Virus record (IMG/VR): IMGVR_UViG_3300042889_002115
Span: 1-64,000 of that record
Direction: 5' to 3' (one strand)
From: a virus
Length of the DNA: 64,000 nt
Below the pieces are notes generated by a model. It was given only the letters and a program-made list of their open reading frames with translations, was not told where the DNA came from and searched no databases. The stretch's first letter is position 1. The number at the start of each line of letters is the position of its first letter. Shown here piece after piece: positions 36,934-46,766 of this stretch. Position numbers and translations under genes: made by a program.

Positions 36934-37527
36934 ATGTCAAACTTGGTACCAATGGTGCTGGAACAAACAGCCAAGGGCGAACGCAGCTACGATATCTACA
37001 GCCGTTTGCTCCGAGATCGCATCATCATGCTGCACACTGATGTGAATGAAAATTCAGCCAGCCTGATTGTGAGTCAGCTGTTGTTTTTGGAAGCAGACAA
37101 TCCTGACAAAGACATCAGTTTTTACATCAACTCACCAGGTGGCGCAGTCACAGCAGGCATGGCCATCTATGATACCATGCAGTTTATCAAATGTGATGTG
37201 CAGACCATTGTGATGGGGCAGGCATGCAGCATGGGCAGTTTGTTGGCACAAGCAGGCGCAGCAGGCAAACGCAGCATCCTGGCCAATGCACGACACATGA
37301 TTCACCAGCCGTCGGGCGGAGCTCGTGGCCAGGCCACAGACATGCTGATTCAGGTGGAGGAAATTCTTGCCATGAAAAAGAACCTGACCGAGATCTATGT
37401 TGATCACAACTCAGCAGGCAAAACGTTTGATCAGCTGAGTGCCGACATGGAACGGGATAACTACATGAGTGCAGATCAAGCAGTTGCTTATGGTCTTGCC
37501 GACAAAGTTATTTCTAAACGTGACTAA
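36934..37527 (+). CDS. clpP: ATP-dependent Clp protease proteolytic subunit ClpP
   Basis: [52 protein letters not shown]; AAGGA RBS before 36934. Confidence 0.97.
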   Translation: MSNLVPMVLEQTAKGERSYDIYSRLLRDRIIMLHTDVNENSASLIVSQLLFLEADNPDKDISFYINSPGGAVTAGMAIYDTMQFIKCDVQTIVMGQACSMGSLLAQAGAAGKRSILANARHMIHQPSGGARGQATDMLIQVEEILAMKKNLTEIYVDHNSAGKTFDQLSADMERDNYMSADQAVAYGLADKVISKRD

Positions 37528-38836
37528 TCCTAACATTTTTTGTAGCACACCCTGGTACGAACTGCACATCTATTGGGATGGCAGTCTGGGTATCTGCTGC
37601 GCCGAAGCACACAAACTGTACTCGCCTGACAGCAGATACAACATAGCTCGCATGAGCATTGTGGAATGGTTCAATTCTGAACCAGTGAAACAATTTAGAA
37701 CTAGAATTTCTGGAAATGCTCGTATATCTCAATGCCGTCGTTGTTATGATGAGGAAGATTTTGGTGGCAATAGTCGTCGGCAACGATCCAATCAAAAAAG
37801 TGTAATCTTTGAACAAGCATTTGATGAAAGTTTTCAGCAAAGTCCGGGGCACCAGTATTTTGTAAATAGTGCTAATAACAATGGTGCAACTGAAACCTAC
37901 CCAATAGACATGCACATTGATTTAGGCAATCACTGTAATCTTGCCTGTAAAATGTGCTTCCCTCGGGCCAGTAGTAAAATCGCAATGCAAGAAGTAAAAT
38001 GGGGCATCGAATCCAGTAAACAGTATGTTGGTACTGATTGGACCAGAGATCAGTTGGTCTGGAACAATTTTAAAACCCAACTGGTAAACATTCACAAATT
38101 AAAAAATATTCACTTTATGGGCGGTGAGACTCTGATCTCTCCAAGATTTGAGGACCTGGTGGACACACTAACAGCACATGAGCGATTTGATGTGGGGTTT
38201 AGTTTTGTGACCAATGGCACCACGGTAAATCCTGCATTGATGAACAAGCTAAAAAAATTCAGTAGAGTAGGAATAGAAGTCAGTATTGAAACAACCACTC
38301 CACACAACTCCTATGTAAGACAAGGCACAGACACCAGTCAAGTGCTGAAAAACATAGCCTGGTATCAGTCACAGGCCAACAATACCACTATTTCAGTAGC
38401 TCTGCGTCCAGCAATCAGTATGTTGACCATTGGATATTATTCTTCTTTGTTGGAGTATGCCTGGCACAATCAGTTGATCATAAAATCGTTGTTGGTAACA
38501 GATCCAGATTTTTTAAATGCCAGCAATCTCCCAACTGATGTGAAACAGCATTACTCTGGAACATTTGACAAAATCATCTCAAAATCGTCCCACATCACAG
38601 TTGATCCAGATTACAACGCTAGTGATCCCAACAATTATCAAACTGTGATTCAACAACAGGCTCACATGTGCAAACAATTGTTGAACACACCGGCTCACCA
38701 CAACAGTTTGCACAATCATCGACTACTGGTAGAGCATTGTCAGCGATGGGACAAGGTGTACGGGCACAACGCAACAGTGCTGTATCCTGAACTGCAAGAC
38801 ATCTGGACTCAATATGACTACACTGGTTCAACTTGA
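37520..38836 (+). CDS. Radical SAM protein with N-terminal SPASM/twitch-like domain
   Basis: CSTPW, ICC, CRRC; CNLACKMC; FMGGETL; FVTNGT. Confidence 0.88.
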   Translation: MTNPNIFCSTPWYELHIYWDGSLGICCAEAHKLYSPDSRYNIARMSIVEWFNSEPVKQFRTRISGNARISQCRRCYDEEDFGGNSRRQRSNQKSVIFEQAFDESFQQSPGHQYFVNSANNNGATETYPIDMHIDLGNHCNLACKMCFPRASSKIAMQEVKWGIESSKQYVGTDWTRDQLVWNNFKTQLVNIHKLKNIHFMGGETLISPRFEDLVDTLTAHERFDVGFSFVTNGTTVNPALMNKLKKFSRVGIEVSIETTTPHNSYVRQGTDTSQVLKNIAWYQSQANNTTISVALRPAISMLTIGYYSSLLEYAWHNQLIIKSLLVTDPDFLNASNLPTDVKQHYSGTFDKIISKSSHITVDPDYNASDPNNYQTVIQQQAHMCKQLLNTPAHHNSLHNHRLLVEHCQRWDKVYGHNATVLYPELQDIWTQYDYTGST

Positions 38837-39245
38837 ACTAACGCTGGAACCAGTGCATCTGCCCTGGATCGAAGTGGCACTAGACGGCATCAAGTACACT
38901 CAACAGTTGACCAAAGAAACGGCGTTTGTATTTGAATTTGAAACTGACGTTCAGCAACTGCTGCTGACAGTGACTCATTTCAACAAACTGCCCGATGATC
39001 CGTCAACTGCGGTAATAGTCAAACAGTTGAGTTTTTTTGGAATATCAGATCCTAAATTCATATGGCAGGCACAATATAGACCCGAATATCCTGAACCCTG
39101 GTTTGGCCAACAACGTCCGTCTCCGCCAGAGATTGTGACTAGTGCCACCTACCTGGGCTGGAACGGAGTTTGGAGTTTGGAGTTTGGGGTGCCAGTATTC
39201 ACATGGATACACCAGATTCAAAATCTTGGCTGGATTTACGATTGA
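38814..39245 (+). CDS. Hypothetical protein
   Basis: Overlaps radical SAM stop; YLGWNGVWSL.F..PVFTWIH motif. Confidence 0.65.
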   Translation: MTTLVQLELTLEPVHLPWIEVALDGIKYTQQLTKETAFVFEFETDVQQLLLTVTHFNKLPDDPSTAVIVKQLSFFGISDPKFIWQAQYRPEYPEPWFGQQRPSPPEIVTSATYLGWNGVWSLEFGVPVFTWIHQIQNLGWIYD

Positions 39246-39253
39246 TGTCCAAT

Positions 39254-39282
39254 TTGACCTAAATTCCCATTTGTGCTATAAT
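39254..39282 (+). promoter_or_regulatory. Sigma70-type early promoter
   Basis: TTGACC-17-TATAAT. Confidence 0.8.
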
Positions 39283-39332
39283 ATACACATAGATAGCAAC
39301 AAAATTCTCAAAGAACACTTTGGAGTCGAAGA

Positions 39333-39683
39333 ATGAAATGGTTTGCTGAAACAACTGTGTGGAGTGACACCAACATTCCCAATGGTGTGTACTTGCTGGA
39401 CGATGGCAAAAGCAAGATGTATGCATTCCGTCCACAGAGCACTGGTGCTATAAAAGTTTTCAAGAATGCAATCCGTATTGACACTCGTGGACGCAAGTTT
39501 GTGGTCAATCCTGTGCAGTTTGCAACTGGTGTGAAAGAACCAGAACCTCAAGGTCGTGCCTGGACAGTAAAAGGCAGCAAGGGCGACGAGTACAAGGTCA
39601 CAGAGTTGAACGGAAACTTTTCTTGCACCTGTTCAGGATTTCGATTCCGGGGGGACTGCAAGCACGTTAAGGGTGTGACATGA
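39333..39683 (+). CDS. SWIM zinc-finger protein
   Basis: VKGSKGDEYKV...CTCSGFRFRGDCKH. Confidence 0.8.
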   Translation: MKWFAETTVWSDTNIPNGVYLLDDGKSKMYAFRPQSTGAIKVFKNAIRIDTRGRKFVVNPVQFATGVKEPEPQGRAWTVKGSKGDEYKVTELNGNFSCTCSGFRFRGDCKHVKGVT

Positions 39684-39910
39684 ATTCAGCACAACGACGA
39701 CAGGATGACCGAAAGTGGAAGTACCAGATCAAGTTAACTTTGGAGGAGGCAGATCGTAACGGGTATGACAACATGTTTGACTGGTGCCGCACCACGTTTG
39801 GCAATGGTATACACAATGATCTTTGGCGGGAAAAACATCAAGAAACTGGCACCTGGTGGCAGTTCAGTGACAGCAAGGCCGCCGCACTGTTTGCACTGAA
39901 ATGGTCGTAA
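39680..39910 (+). CDS. Small FxLKW-family protein
   Basis: DWCRTTFG...WWQFSDSKAAALFALKWS. Confidence 0.7.
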   Translation: MNSAQRRQDDRKWKYQIKLTLEEADRNGYDNMFDWCRTTFGNGIHNDLWREKHQETGTWWQFSDSKAAALFALKWS

Positions 39911-39937
39911 GAAAGCCCCTTTCGGGGCTTTCATTTC
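39911..39937. terminator. Bidirectional terminator between convergent genes
   Basis: GAAAGCCCC-TTTC-GGGGCTTTC. Confidence 0.8.
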
Positions 39938-40165
39938 TTACGCCTGGTCTACAAACTTCTTGAGTTCTTCAGCCTTGCTCACAATATCCGCACTAGACGG
40001 AAAGTCCGGTAAGGCTGGAAATGCAAGTGAGTCACGATTGGCATCAGTTAACTTGGCATGATACTCATTTATCTTAGCCTCGCGAGTTTGGTAGATTGGC
40101 GTTTGGAGTATTTCCCTAGCCAAGTGTAAGAGTTCGAGACGAATCTCATAGGGTGTTTTGCTCAT
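39938..40165 (-). CDS. Conserved phage hypothetical protein
   Basis: MSKTPYEIRLELL...DIVSKAEELKKFV; AGGAG RBS. Confidence 0.75.
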   Translation of the reverse strand: MSKTPYEIRLELLHLAREILQTPIYQTREAKINEYHAKLTDANRDSLAFPALPDFPSSADIVSKAEELKKFVDQA

Positions 40166-40237
40166 GTTTTTCTCCTGTGTGATGTGTGTGTAATCGTGCC
40201 CCGCCCTTTGCAGGACAAGATTGCTACACGAGCAAGT

Positions 40238-40669
40238 TTACTTATAGATGTAGTTGATGGTGTTGGAATTTTCACGCAATTCTCTAGCACCATTTTTCAA
40301 ATGAAATCGTCGAGCCATTTCGGTCTTGGGACTTAGGGTCACATAGGTGCTGATATCGGGAAATTCTTGCTGAATGCTGGTCTGAGCCTGCTGGATTAGT
40401 TCTCGGCCTGCGCCAGCGGCATAGCTCCAAATGGTGTAAAATACCGCAGTTGTGGCACTCTCGACCAAGCCAACCAAGTCTTCCACAGCAGCAGGAACCA
40501 CAGTCAAAAACTTCACACAGGTCACTGCCAGAGTTTGGTCACCATTTTTCAGCATGTAGATTCTGCTGTTGGCATTGACTCTTTGGCTTAGAGGAATTTC
40601 GGGACGTACCGGGTCATCCTGAATCAAGGTCTCAAGCTCGTCGGTAATGGTTGTGATGGTGTGTAACAT
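40238..40669 (-). CDS. Hypothetical protein, possible GNAT-like fold
   Basis: DDPVRP, AVFYTIWSY..GAGR, VTLSPKTEMARRFHLKNGA; TAAATA upstream. Confidence 0.6.
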   Translation of the reverse strand: MLHTITTITDELETLIQDDPVRPEIPLSQRVNANSRIYMLKNGDQTLAVTCVKFLTVVPAAVEDLVGLVESATTAVFYTIWSYAAGAGRELIQQAQTSIQQEFPDISTYVTLSPKTEMARRFHLKNGARELRENSNTINYIYK

Positions 40670-40770
40670 AATCTACGCCATTCGTTATATACAGCTATTT
40701 ATCTTTGGCATCAAAATTTGATATTTTTTATCAAAACAATAGATTATGGCAACATGTGTGCCAAACATGC

Positions 40771-40799
40771 TTGATTATATCGCACACATGCGTTATACT
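40771..40799 (+). promoter_or_regulatory. Sigma70-type promoter with flanking inverted repeat
   Basis: TTGATT-17-TATACT; CATGTGTGC (40753) and GCACACATG (40782). Confidence 0.65.
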
Positions 40800-40854
40800 A
40801 GTATCATGCTGTGACGCAAACAGCTAATTTAACTTACTTTGAAAGGTAACAATT

Positions 40855-41121
40855 ATGCGCTTTAATCCAGAAACTAAAACCTACAAACTTTTCTCCGCTC
40901 TCAATGCAGGCGAGAAAGTGTCCGCCAGTGTCGCTTCCAAGCGTTTTGGCATCAAGAACATTTCCGCTGAAGTGTCACGTATCCGTCAAGCAGGCTTTGC
41001 TGTGTACGGCAACTCCCGTGTGGCCGGCAACGGTATCAAGGTTACAGAATATGTAATCGGCAAACCAAGCCGCAAGATTGTGGCTGCTGGCTACAAGGCC
41101 ATGGCCATGGGCCTGGTCTAA
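40855..41121 (+). CDS. Winged helix-turn-helix DNA-binding protein
   Basis: RFGIKNISAEVSRIRQAGFAVY...YVIGKPSRKIVAAG. Confidence 0.7.
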   Translation: MRFNPETKTYKLFSALNAGEKVSASVASKRFGIKNISAEVSRIRQAGFAVYGNSRVAGNGIKVTEYVIGKPSRKIVAAGYKAMAMGLV

Positions 41122-41164
41122 TACAGACTCGCTGTCCGATTCAGACCGGACACTTAGGTAAACA

Positions 41165-41218
41165 AGGCCCGTGCAATGCGGGCTTTCTCTTGACCATTAA
41201 TTCAAGATGTTGTATAAT
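41165..41218 (+). promoter_or_regulatory. Terminator hairpin followed by early promoter
   Basis: GCCCGT-GCAA-TGCGGGC-TTT; TTGACC-17-TATAAT at 41190-41218. Confidence 0.75.
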
Positions 41219-41238
41219 TGTTCAGCAAAGGAGTAAGC

Positions 41239-41691
41239 ATGTTTTTAAAACTACTGGAGCGTCTGGGCCGAAAAAGGATTGTTTACGATCGCCTGGACAA
41301 TGAACCGTATCTGGAGCGTTACTATATTTTTCTCAAGGACCGAAGCTGGTTCCCTTTTAATGTGTTCCTTCACAAGTTTCTCAAGAGTGATCCTGACGAT
41401 GTGCATGATCATCCGTGGCCATTTGCCACACTAATTTTGAAAGGTGGATACTGGGAGTGGCGCCCGCAGTTTGATGCACAAGGTAACAAGGCCGGAGAGA
41501 TTGCCAAATGGTGCGGTGCCGGTAGCTTTAGAACTGCTCGAGCCACAACATATCACCGCATTGAACTGGATCCCACAGTGGAATGTTGGACCTTGTTCAT
41601 GCCTGGTGCCAAACAACGAGACTGGGGATTCCTTGTGAAAAACAAGTGGGTACAGTGGGAACAATATTTAACTCAAAGGAAAACAGCATGA
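41239..41691 (+). CDS. Cupin-like conserved phage protein
   Basis: YLERYYI, LHKFLKSD, HDHPW, ILKGGYWE, YHRIEL, WTLF, WGF. Confidence 0.7.
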   Translation: MFLKLLERLGRKRIVYDRLDNEPYLERYYIFLKDRSWFPFNVFLHKFLKSDPDDVHDHPWPFATLILKGGYWEWRPQFDAQGNKAGEIAKWCGAGSFRTARATTYHRIELDPTVECWTLFMPGAKQRDWGFLVKNKWVQWEQYLTQRKTA

Positions 41692-41990
41692 AATGGTTTG
41701 ACAAATGGTTTCTCAACAAATCCAAGTGGGCCTGGCAGCACCGCAACGACGAACCTAATGTGGCTGAGGTAGAAACAAACAGCGTATCAAGATTGGTTGG
41801 CCGTGAGCATGACTGGCACGAAAATCTCAGCTTGTCGATAACTACTGCAAATGGTGGAAAAATTGTTTCGTTCAGGCGCTATGATCACAAGACTGATCGC
41901 CATGACAACAAGATCTATGTTGTGCCCGATGATCTGGACTTTAATGCAGAACTGGGCAAGATGATCACTTTGGAAAGCATGCGAGGTTAA
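41688..41990 (+). CDS. Hypothetical protein
   Basis: AAGGA RBS, ATGA overlap. Confidence 0.7.
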   Translation: MKWFDKWFLNKSKWAWQHRNDEPNVAEVETNSVSRLVGREHDWHENLSLSITTANGGKIVSFRRYDHKTDRHDNKIYVVPDDLDFNAELGKMITLESMRG

Positions 41991-41992
41991 AT

Positions 41993-42358
41993 ATGGACTT
42001 GATCATGGAGTTTTTAGAACTGGCTGGATATGTTGCAATTGCATATGGCATTGTTAGATGGATGACCAAAACGGCCGTGCCAAGTGAGACCAACCAGGTC
42101 CTGACCGAAATCCAGGATGGTAGCTTGATACCACTCACTGTTGAACTTGACAACAATACCTTTTTGTGCTATAATATGTTAACAAAGGAATTTGTGTGTC
42201 AGGGCAATGATCTCAACGAGATCATGAAACGGTTCACTGAACGATTCCCTGACACAATGTTGTCCTTTTATGATGACAACAGTGTCGCAGTCAAAATCTT
42301 GAACGAACAACGCAGGAGTTTACTTGAAAATCGCAATTGCATCGGACCTACACCTTGA
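41993..42358 (+). CDS. Hypothetical protein with N-terminal TM
   Basis: Operon packing; GAGG RBS. Confidence 0.65.
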   Translation: MDLIMEFLELAGYVAIAYGIVRWMTKTAVPSETNQVLTEIQDGSLIPLTVELDNNTFLCYNMLTKEFVCQGNDLNEIMKRFTERFPDTMLSFYDDNSVAVKILNEQRRSLLENRNCIGPTP

Positions 42359-43202
42359 ATTTGGTGACCTGGAGTTTGACAACAGCAGCCACGCTGATGT
42401 GTTGATCCTGAGTGGCGATATCCTTGTGGCCCGAGATATCACACAACATGATCCCCACAACATCATGGGAACAGAATACCGTAGCAATCGATATCACAAC
42501 TTTATGCAACGCTGCTGTGAACAGTTTGCTCATGTGATCTACGTCATGGGTAATCACGAACACTATCATCATGACTTTGCCAAGACCGAAAGTCATCTCA
42601 AAGATGTGCTTGGTTACCTGAAAAACTTGTATATCCTTGAGCGTGAAATCAAGGTCATTGACAACGTTACCTTTGTTGGTGGCACGTTATGGACTGACAT
42701 GAACCAGGAAGATCCGCTGACCTTGTACCACATGAAGAGCATGATGAATGATTTCAGGATCATCAGCAACAGCAACAAACAGGTCAATTATAGAACTTTT
42801 GATGATGTTGACAATCCTGAAAAACCAACTTTTAGAACTCGGGAGGCCAAATTCAGCCCGGAGGATTCAGTAGAACAACATCGTATGTTTGTGGCCTACC
42901 TTCAACACTGTGTTGAAGGCCGAGCAGATCAAAAGTTTGTGGTGGCGGGGCATCATGCACCCAGCAGACTCAGCACACATGCACAGTATGCCAACGCCAC
43001 TCTGATGAACGGTGCCTACCGTTCAGACTTGGATGAATACATTCAGGATCATCCGCAGATTCGACTGTGGACTCATGGGCACACGCATCACAATTTTGAC
43101 TACATGATTGGCGAAACTAGAGTGGTATGTAACCCGCGTGGTTATCATGGGCATGAGCAACAGGCCGCTACCTGGCAACTGCAAACCGTGGAGATTCAAT
43201 GA
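42324..43202 (+). CDS. Calcineurin-like metallophosphoesterase
   Basis: ASDLHLE, LSGDI, MGNHEHY, GGTLWTD, GHHAPS, WTHGHTH, CNPRGY. Confidence 0.9.
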   Translation: MKIAIASDLHLEFGDLEFDNSSHADVLILSGDILVARDITQHDPHNIMGTEYRSNRYHNFMQRCCEQFAHVIYVMGNHEHYHHDFAKTESHLKDVLGYLKNLYILEREIKVIDNVTFVGGTLWTDMNQEDPLTLYHMKSMMNDFRIISNSNKQVNYRTFDDVDNPEKPTFRTREAKFSPEDSVEQHRMFVAYLQHCVEGRADQKFVVAGHHAPSRLSTHAQYANATLMNGAYRSDLDEYIQDHPQIRLWTHGHTHHNFDYMIGETRVVCNPRGYHGHEQQAATWQLQTVEIQ

Positions 43203-43459
43203 GCCAACAAGAAACTACTGCCAAGGGCCAACGAGGCATACTGATCACTGGTATGGATAATCAAGTGTACTTTAGACAGTACGCCAGTGACTACACCTTT
43301 GTTGACTACATGTTGACCAACTATGACGTTGAGATTGAAATCACTGATGCAGACGCTGCCTTGATCAGAAACGAAAGCGGCAACTTTCTTGACTACACTT
43401 CTGAAAGCATGAGTGTTGTGGCAAACAGTAACCTTGGTAGTGACAATGACCGAACTTGA
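43199..43459 (+). CDS. Hypothetical protein
   Basis: ATGA overlap, GGAG RBS. Confidence 0.65.
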   Translation: MSQQETTAKGQRGILITGMDNQVYFRQYASDYTFVDYMLTNYDVEIEITDADAALIRNESGNFLDYTSESMSVVANSNLGSDNDRT

Positions 43460-43625
43460 AACTTTGTTGAAAACACATGACTGGGGTCATGCAGGATACA
43501 TTACTCGACCTGCAATAGATCAAGCCATGCGAGCCACAGCAGGTGCAGAAGCCACTGCACTATGGGAAAAATACTGTCCTTGGAGTGAGACCAATGGCGG
43601 ATACATTGCCTGGAGTAAACGATGA
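43446..43625 (+). CDS. Hypothetical protein
   Basis: MTELETLLKTHDW; operon packing. Confidence 0.6.
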   Translation: MTELETLLKTHDWGHAGYITRPAIDQAMRATAGAEATALWEKYCPWSETNGGYIAWSKR

Positions 43626-44344
43626 AAGTATATATTAGCAAATATCGAGATCACTGGATCTCACCGTACACCATGTTGGACTATGCGTTTTGGTGGACTG
43701 ACTGGTCACGGTGCAGTCGTGACAAAACTGTGATTCGTTCACTGGCCGAAGAGCGTGAACACAAATATGTGGAACACCCTGCCTGGGTAGAGCGGTGGTC
43801 GGATCGACTGCTGCCTGTTAGTCGTGCTATTGCATGGGTGTGGGACCGTGTGCATCCACCCATCAACTACATCAAGATTGATCACTATGACACCTGGAGC
43901 ATGGATCATACCCTGAGCCCCATCATCCTGCCCATGCTGAAACAACTAAAAGCGGCCAAGCATGGTTCACCGTTTGTGGATGACGAGGATGTGCCAGACG
44001 AACTAAAAAGCACAGCAGCGCCCCCCAAAGAAAACGAATGGGACACTGATGAAAACCACTTCCGGCGTTGGGACTGGGTCATGAGCGAAATGATCTTTGC
44101 ATTTGAGTGCAAGGTAGATGACTCCTGGGAAGATGCTTTCCGTTCAGGCGAACATGACATTACATGGATCCCTGTGGATGCTGCCGGCAATGAAGTAGCC
44201 AAGGGCGAGCACAAGTACTATCAAATGGGACACGGGCCCAAAGACACCTACCGGTGCGATTACGAAGGCATGAAGGTGGTAGAAGCTCGTATTCAAAACG
44301 GCTTCCGATTATTTGGCAAGTATTATGCAGCACTTTGGGATTGA
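43622..44344 (+). CDS. Conserved T4-like phage hypothetical protein
   Basis: IKIDHYDTWSMDHTL, HGSPFVDDEDVP, RWDWVMSEMIFAF, GFRLFGKYY..LWD. Confidence 0.8.
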   Translation: MKVYISKYRDHWISPYTMLDYAFWWTDWSRCSRDKTVIRSLAEEREHKYVEHPAWVERWSDRLLPVSRAIAWVWDRVHPPINYIKIDHYDTWSMDHTLSPIILPMLKQLKAAKHGSPFVDDEDVPDELKSTAAPPKENEWDTDENHFRRWDWVMSEMIFAFECKVDDSWEDAFRSGEHDITWIPVDAAGNEVAKGEHKYYQMGHGPKDTYRCDYEGMKVVEARIQNGFRLFGKYYAALWD

Positions 44345-44345
44345 C

Positions 44346-45041
44346 ATGAGAACTGCACTGCAGACAATCAACTGGGACGAGGTTCTCACCATTGACAACG
44401 AGCCTCCCGAAGGACCAATTGTGTTCAAAGATGATCCAATTGCCATGGCCTGTGCCAGCTATAGATTGGGGCAACAGGGTGGATATGCCTGGTTGGATCT
44501 ACATTCAGCAACAATAGAACCTCAGGATCGCGACACAGCCGCTGACATTCGCAAATACTATGCTGATCGACTGTTGGTAACAGCACTCAAGTCCAATGGC
44601 GTCATGAGTGAATTTAGACGCAAACTGTATGGTGTGGTCACTGGCAACTATCAACTGAAGAAATCTGAAGAAGGTATGCTGTATCGACTGCCATACTTTT
44701 ATGCTGAAGACACTGGCCTTGATCATGTGATGAGTCAGACACAGTCAGTATCAATAGTCAACAATGCCACAGCAAAGATTGCAGGAAAGTTTACTCTTGT
44801 GAAAAAAATATTTTGCAGTCGTGCACATGCCGGATCTCATTGGCAGTTTTGGTTTGTGCGTGAAACATCTCAGGTGCCATACTTGGTAGAAATCCGGGAT
44901 GACAATGTGCTGTACAAGTTGTTTGACACCTTGACCCAGCAGCCGCAGATGTTTTCCGCGGGCACAACGCACGTCAAACATCATCGCGGCCATTATCGAG
45001 ACAGGGTCTACATCAAGATGACACAGGTTGATCTAGCATGA
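44346..45041 (+). CDS. Hypothetical protein
   Basis: Long ORF; IRKYY...LYRLPYFY. Confidence 0.7.
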   Translation: MRTALQTINWDEVLTIDNEPPEGPIVFKDDPIAMACASYRLGQQGGYAWLDLHSATIEPQDRDTAADIRKYYADRLLVTALKSNGVMSEFRRKLYGVVTGNYQLKKSEEGMLYRLPYFYAEDTGLDHVMSQTQSVSIVNNATAKIAGKFTLVKKIFCSRAHAGSHWQFWFVRETSQVPYLVEIRDDNVLYKLFDTLTQQPQMFSAGTTHVKHHRGHYRDRVYIKMTQVDLA

Positions 45042-45063
45042 TGGGTCAAGCAGTATTTGCCAA

Positions 45064-45282
45064 ATGTATAGAATTGAATTACCAAACTTGACCCCCGATG
45101 ACGGCATACGTCTCAAGAATCTGCTGATCAGTACTGGACTAGTAATGTATCAGGACTTTGTATGGCAATACCGCACAGCAGTTTACGACAAAACAGGATA
45201 CAACTCAATTACCCCGCGCACAGTGACATTTGACTTTGAGGATGGAGCCACTGCCACATACTGGCGGCTGAAATGGATCTGA
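45064..45282 (+). CDS. Small FxLKW-family protein
   Basis: VTFDFEDGATATYWRLKWI. Confidence 0.65.
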   Translation: MYRIELPNLTPDDGIRLKNLLISTGLVMYQDFVWQYRTAVYDKTGYNSITPRTVTFDFEDGATATYWRLKWI

Positions 45283-45322
45283 CATTTTTGTCAAGCACTG
45301 CTAGACCAACTAATTAACATTG

Positions 45323-45559
45323 ATGAATACTGTTTCAGTCCCTTATCAACATCGCAACAAAGAAAGTTTTCAGCATACCCGAAAAATTACCAAACCTTTT
45401 GGGGCACTGGATCACGTGATAGACTGGTGCAGAACTGAATGCACTGGAGATTGGCGCTGGGAGTTGGTTGACGTCAGTTCAGACACAAGTCCGGGACAAT
45501 ACATTTTTTATTTTGATTCAGATCGTGATTGTGCAGCATTTTCCCTGCAATGGTGCTAG
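45323..45559 (+). CDS. Small FxLKW-family protein
   Basis: DWCRTEC...YIFYFDSDRDCAAFSLQWC. Confidence 0.65.
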   Translation: MNTVSVPYQHRNKESFQHTRKITKPFGALDHVIDWCRTECTGDWRWELVDVSSDTSPGQYIFYFDSDRDCAAFSLQWC

Positions 45560-45573
45560 TACTTTTGCTGTAC

Positions 45574-45602
45574 TTGACTCAAAACCCTGATTCAGCTATA
45601 AT
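45574..45602 (+). promoter_or_regulatory. Sigma70-type early promoter
   Basis: TTGACT-17-TATAAT. Confidence 0.8.
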
Positions 45603-45627
45603 ACAAGCTCATCCACTAGGAAACGCC

Positions 45628-45852
45628 ATGACTATTCACATTGACAATCTAACCCAGGCGCAAGTTGACATGCTGGATCACATGTGGTCCTTGGAAACAG
45701 AACAAGACTACTTTGACTGGTACGAAACACTGGACGCTAGAGAACAGCACAGTGCCGATGTACTGCAACGCTTGATCATTCTTGAGTGCATGGAAGAAAA
45801 TCTAGGCAACCATGCCGAAGCCCGTGCAGTGCTACAACAATTTCGATTATGA
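45628..45852 (+). CDS. Hypothetical acidic protein
   Basis: AGGA RBS; MTIHIDNLT. Confidence 0.7.
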   Translation: MTIHIDNLTQAQVDMLDHMWSLETEQDYFDWYETLDAREQHSADVLQRLIILECMEENLGNHAEARAVLQQFRL

Positions 45853-46064
45853 GCCAAGACGGCCGAACAATTGATCATGTCATGCGTGACATCAAGAACT
45901 TGACAGAATACCAGGTTCAGATCACCATTCCGGAGGGATTTAAGTTCTCTGGCACAGTGCCATTTGACATGAACATTGTGGCCGGCGAAGCCTTTGTGAC
46001 CCTGGTAGCACCCAGCTGGCCTGAGGCAGTGTCTAGAGTAAAAAACTTTTTTAATCAAACTTAA
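45849..46064 (+). CDS. Hypothetical protein
   Basis: ATGA overlap. Confidence 0.6.
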   Translation: MSQDGRTIDHVMRDIKNLTEYQVQITIPEGFKFSGTVPFDMNIVAGEAFVTLVAPSWPEAVSRVKNFFNQT

Positions 46065-46065
46065 T

Positions 46066-46311
46066 ATGAATATTGATCAAGCATCTGCATTTTTAGTAGG
46101 CTCAATCTTGATTGGCCTGGCCATATGTGTGTTGTCAGTGGTAATACTGGTGGTGAATAATTTGTTCAGCCGCTTCTGGCAGACTGTACATTGGTCCAAG
46201 TATGAATGGTTGCAGCCCGGCAGATTTGTCAACTCAGAAGATCCAGCGCCGCCAAAAGTAGCGCCCGAGTTTGACAGCAAGGCTACAAAAAAGAAACCAC
46301 CAGTTGTATGA
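46066..46311 (+). CDS. Single-TM protein
   Basis: Long hydrophobic helix aa 8-31. Confidence 0.65.
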   Translation: MNIDQASAFLVGSILIGLAICVLSVVILVVNNLFSRFWQTVHWSKYEWLQPGRFVNSEDPAPPKVAPEFDSKATKKKPPVV

Positions 46312-46658
46312 TCAACCAAGAAGATGAAGATCCACGCAATAGCGTGTTTGCCATCATGTGGGACTGCAATGGCCTTGAAGCTGTGGCTCGTGTGCCCAAC
46401 CCAGCTGACATCACCTTTGCATTGCTCAAGGGTGCAGAGCCTCCAAGACCGCCCAACATCAACCATTGGCAATTGCGAGCACGATACAACAGCCAGCGCC
46501 ACTACGAAATCTACATCATTACTGCTGACTCAGGCATTGTTGAAGATGACATTCGCAACATGTTTGAAGCTGATCCGCAAACAGCAGCCGACACCGTTCG
46601 ACGCATTGGTGAAAAGTTTTACGGTGATCGCCGGTGCACTCCGGTGGCAATCACTTAG
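46308..46658 (+). CDS. Hypothetical protein
   Basis: MWDCNGLE...LRARYNSQRHYEIY. Confidence 0.7.
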   Translation: MINQEDEDPRNSVFAIMWDCNGLEAVARVPNPADITFALLKGAEPPRPPNINHWQLRARYNSQRHYEIYIITADSGIVEDDIRNMFEADPQTAADTVRRIGEKFYGDRRCTPVAIT

Positions 46659-46661
46659 TGG

Positions 46662-46690
46662 TTGACCATTGATCATAATTTTGTTATAAT
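46662..46690 (+). promoter_or_regulatory. Sigma70-type early promoter
   Basis: TTGACC-17-TATAAT; two hairpins follow in the leader. Confidence 0.8.
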
Positions 46691-46766
46691 ATACACAAGC
46701 TAGCCTGGTATGGTACCAGGCGGCCTGTTACCCGATGCATTGTGCATCATTACTAAAGGAAACAAA

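Noticed and set aside
41128-41152. TGTCCG/CGGACA hairpin after the HTH gene
   Set aside because: Single short hairpin next to a terminator; not enough to call an RNA gene
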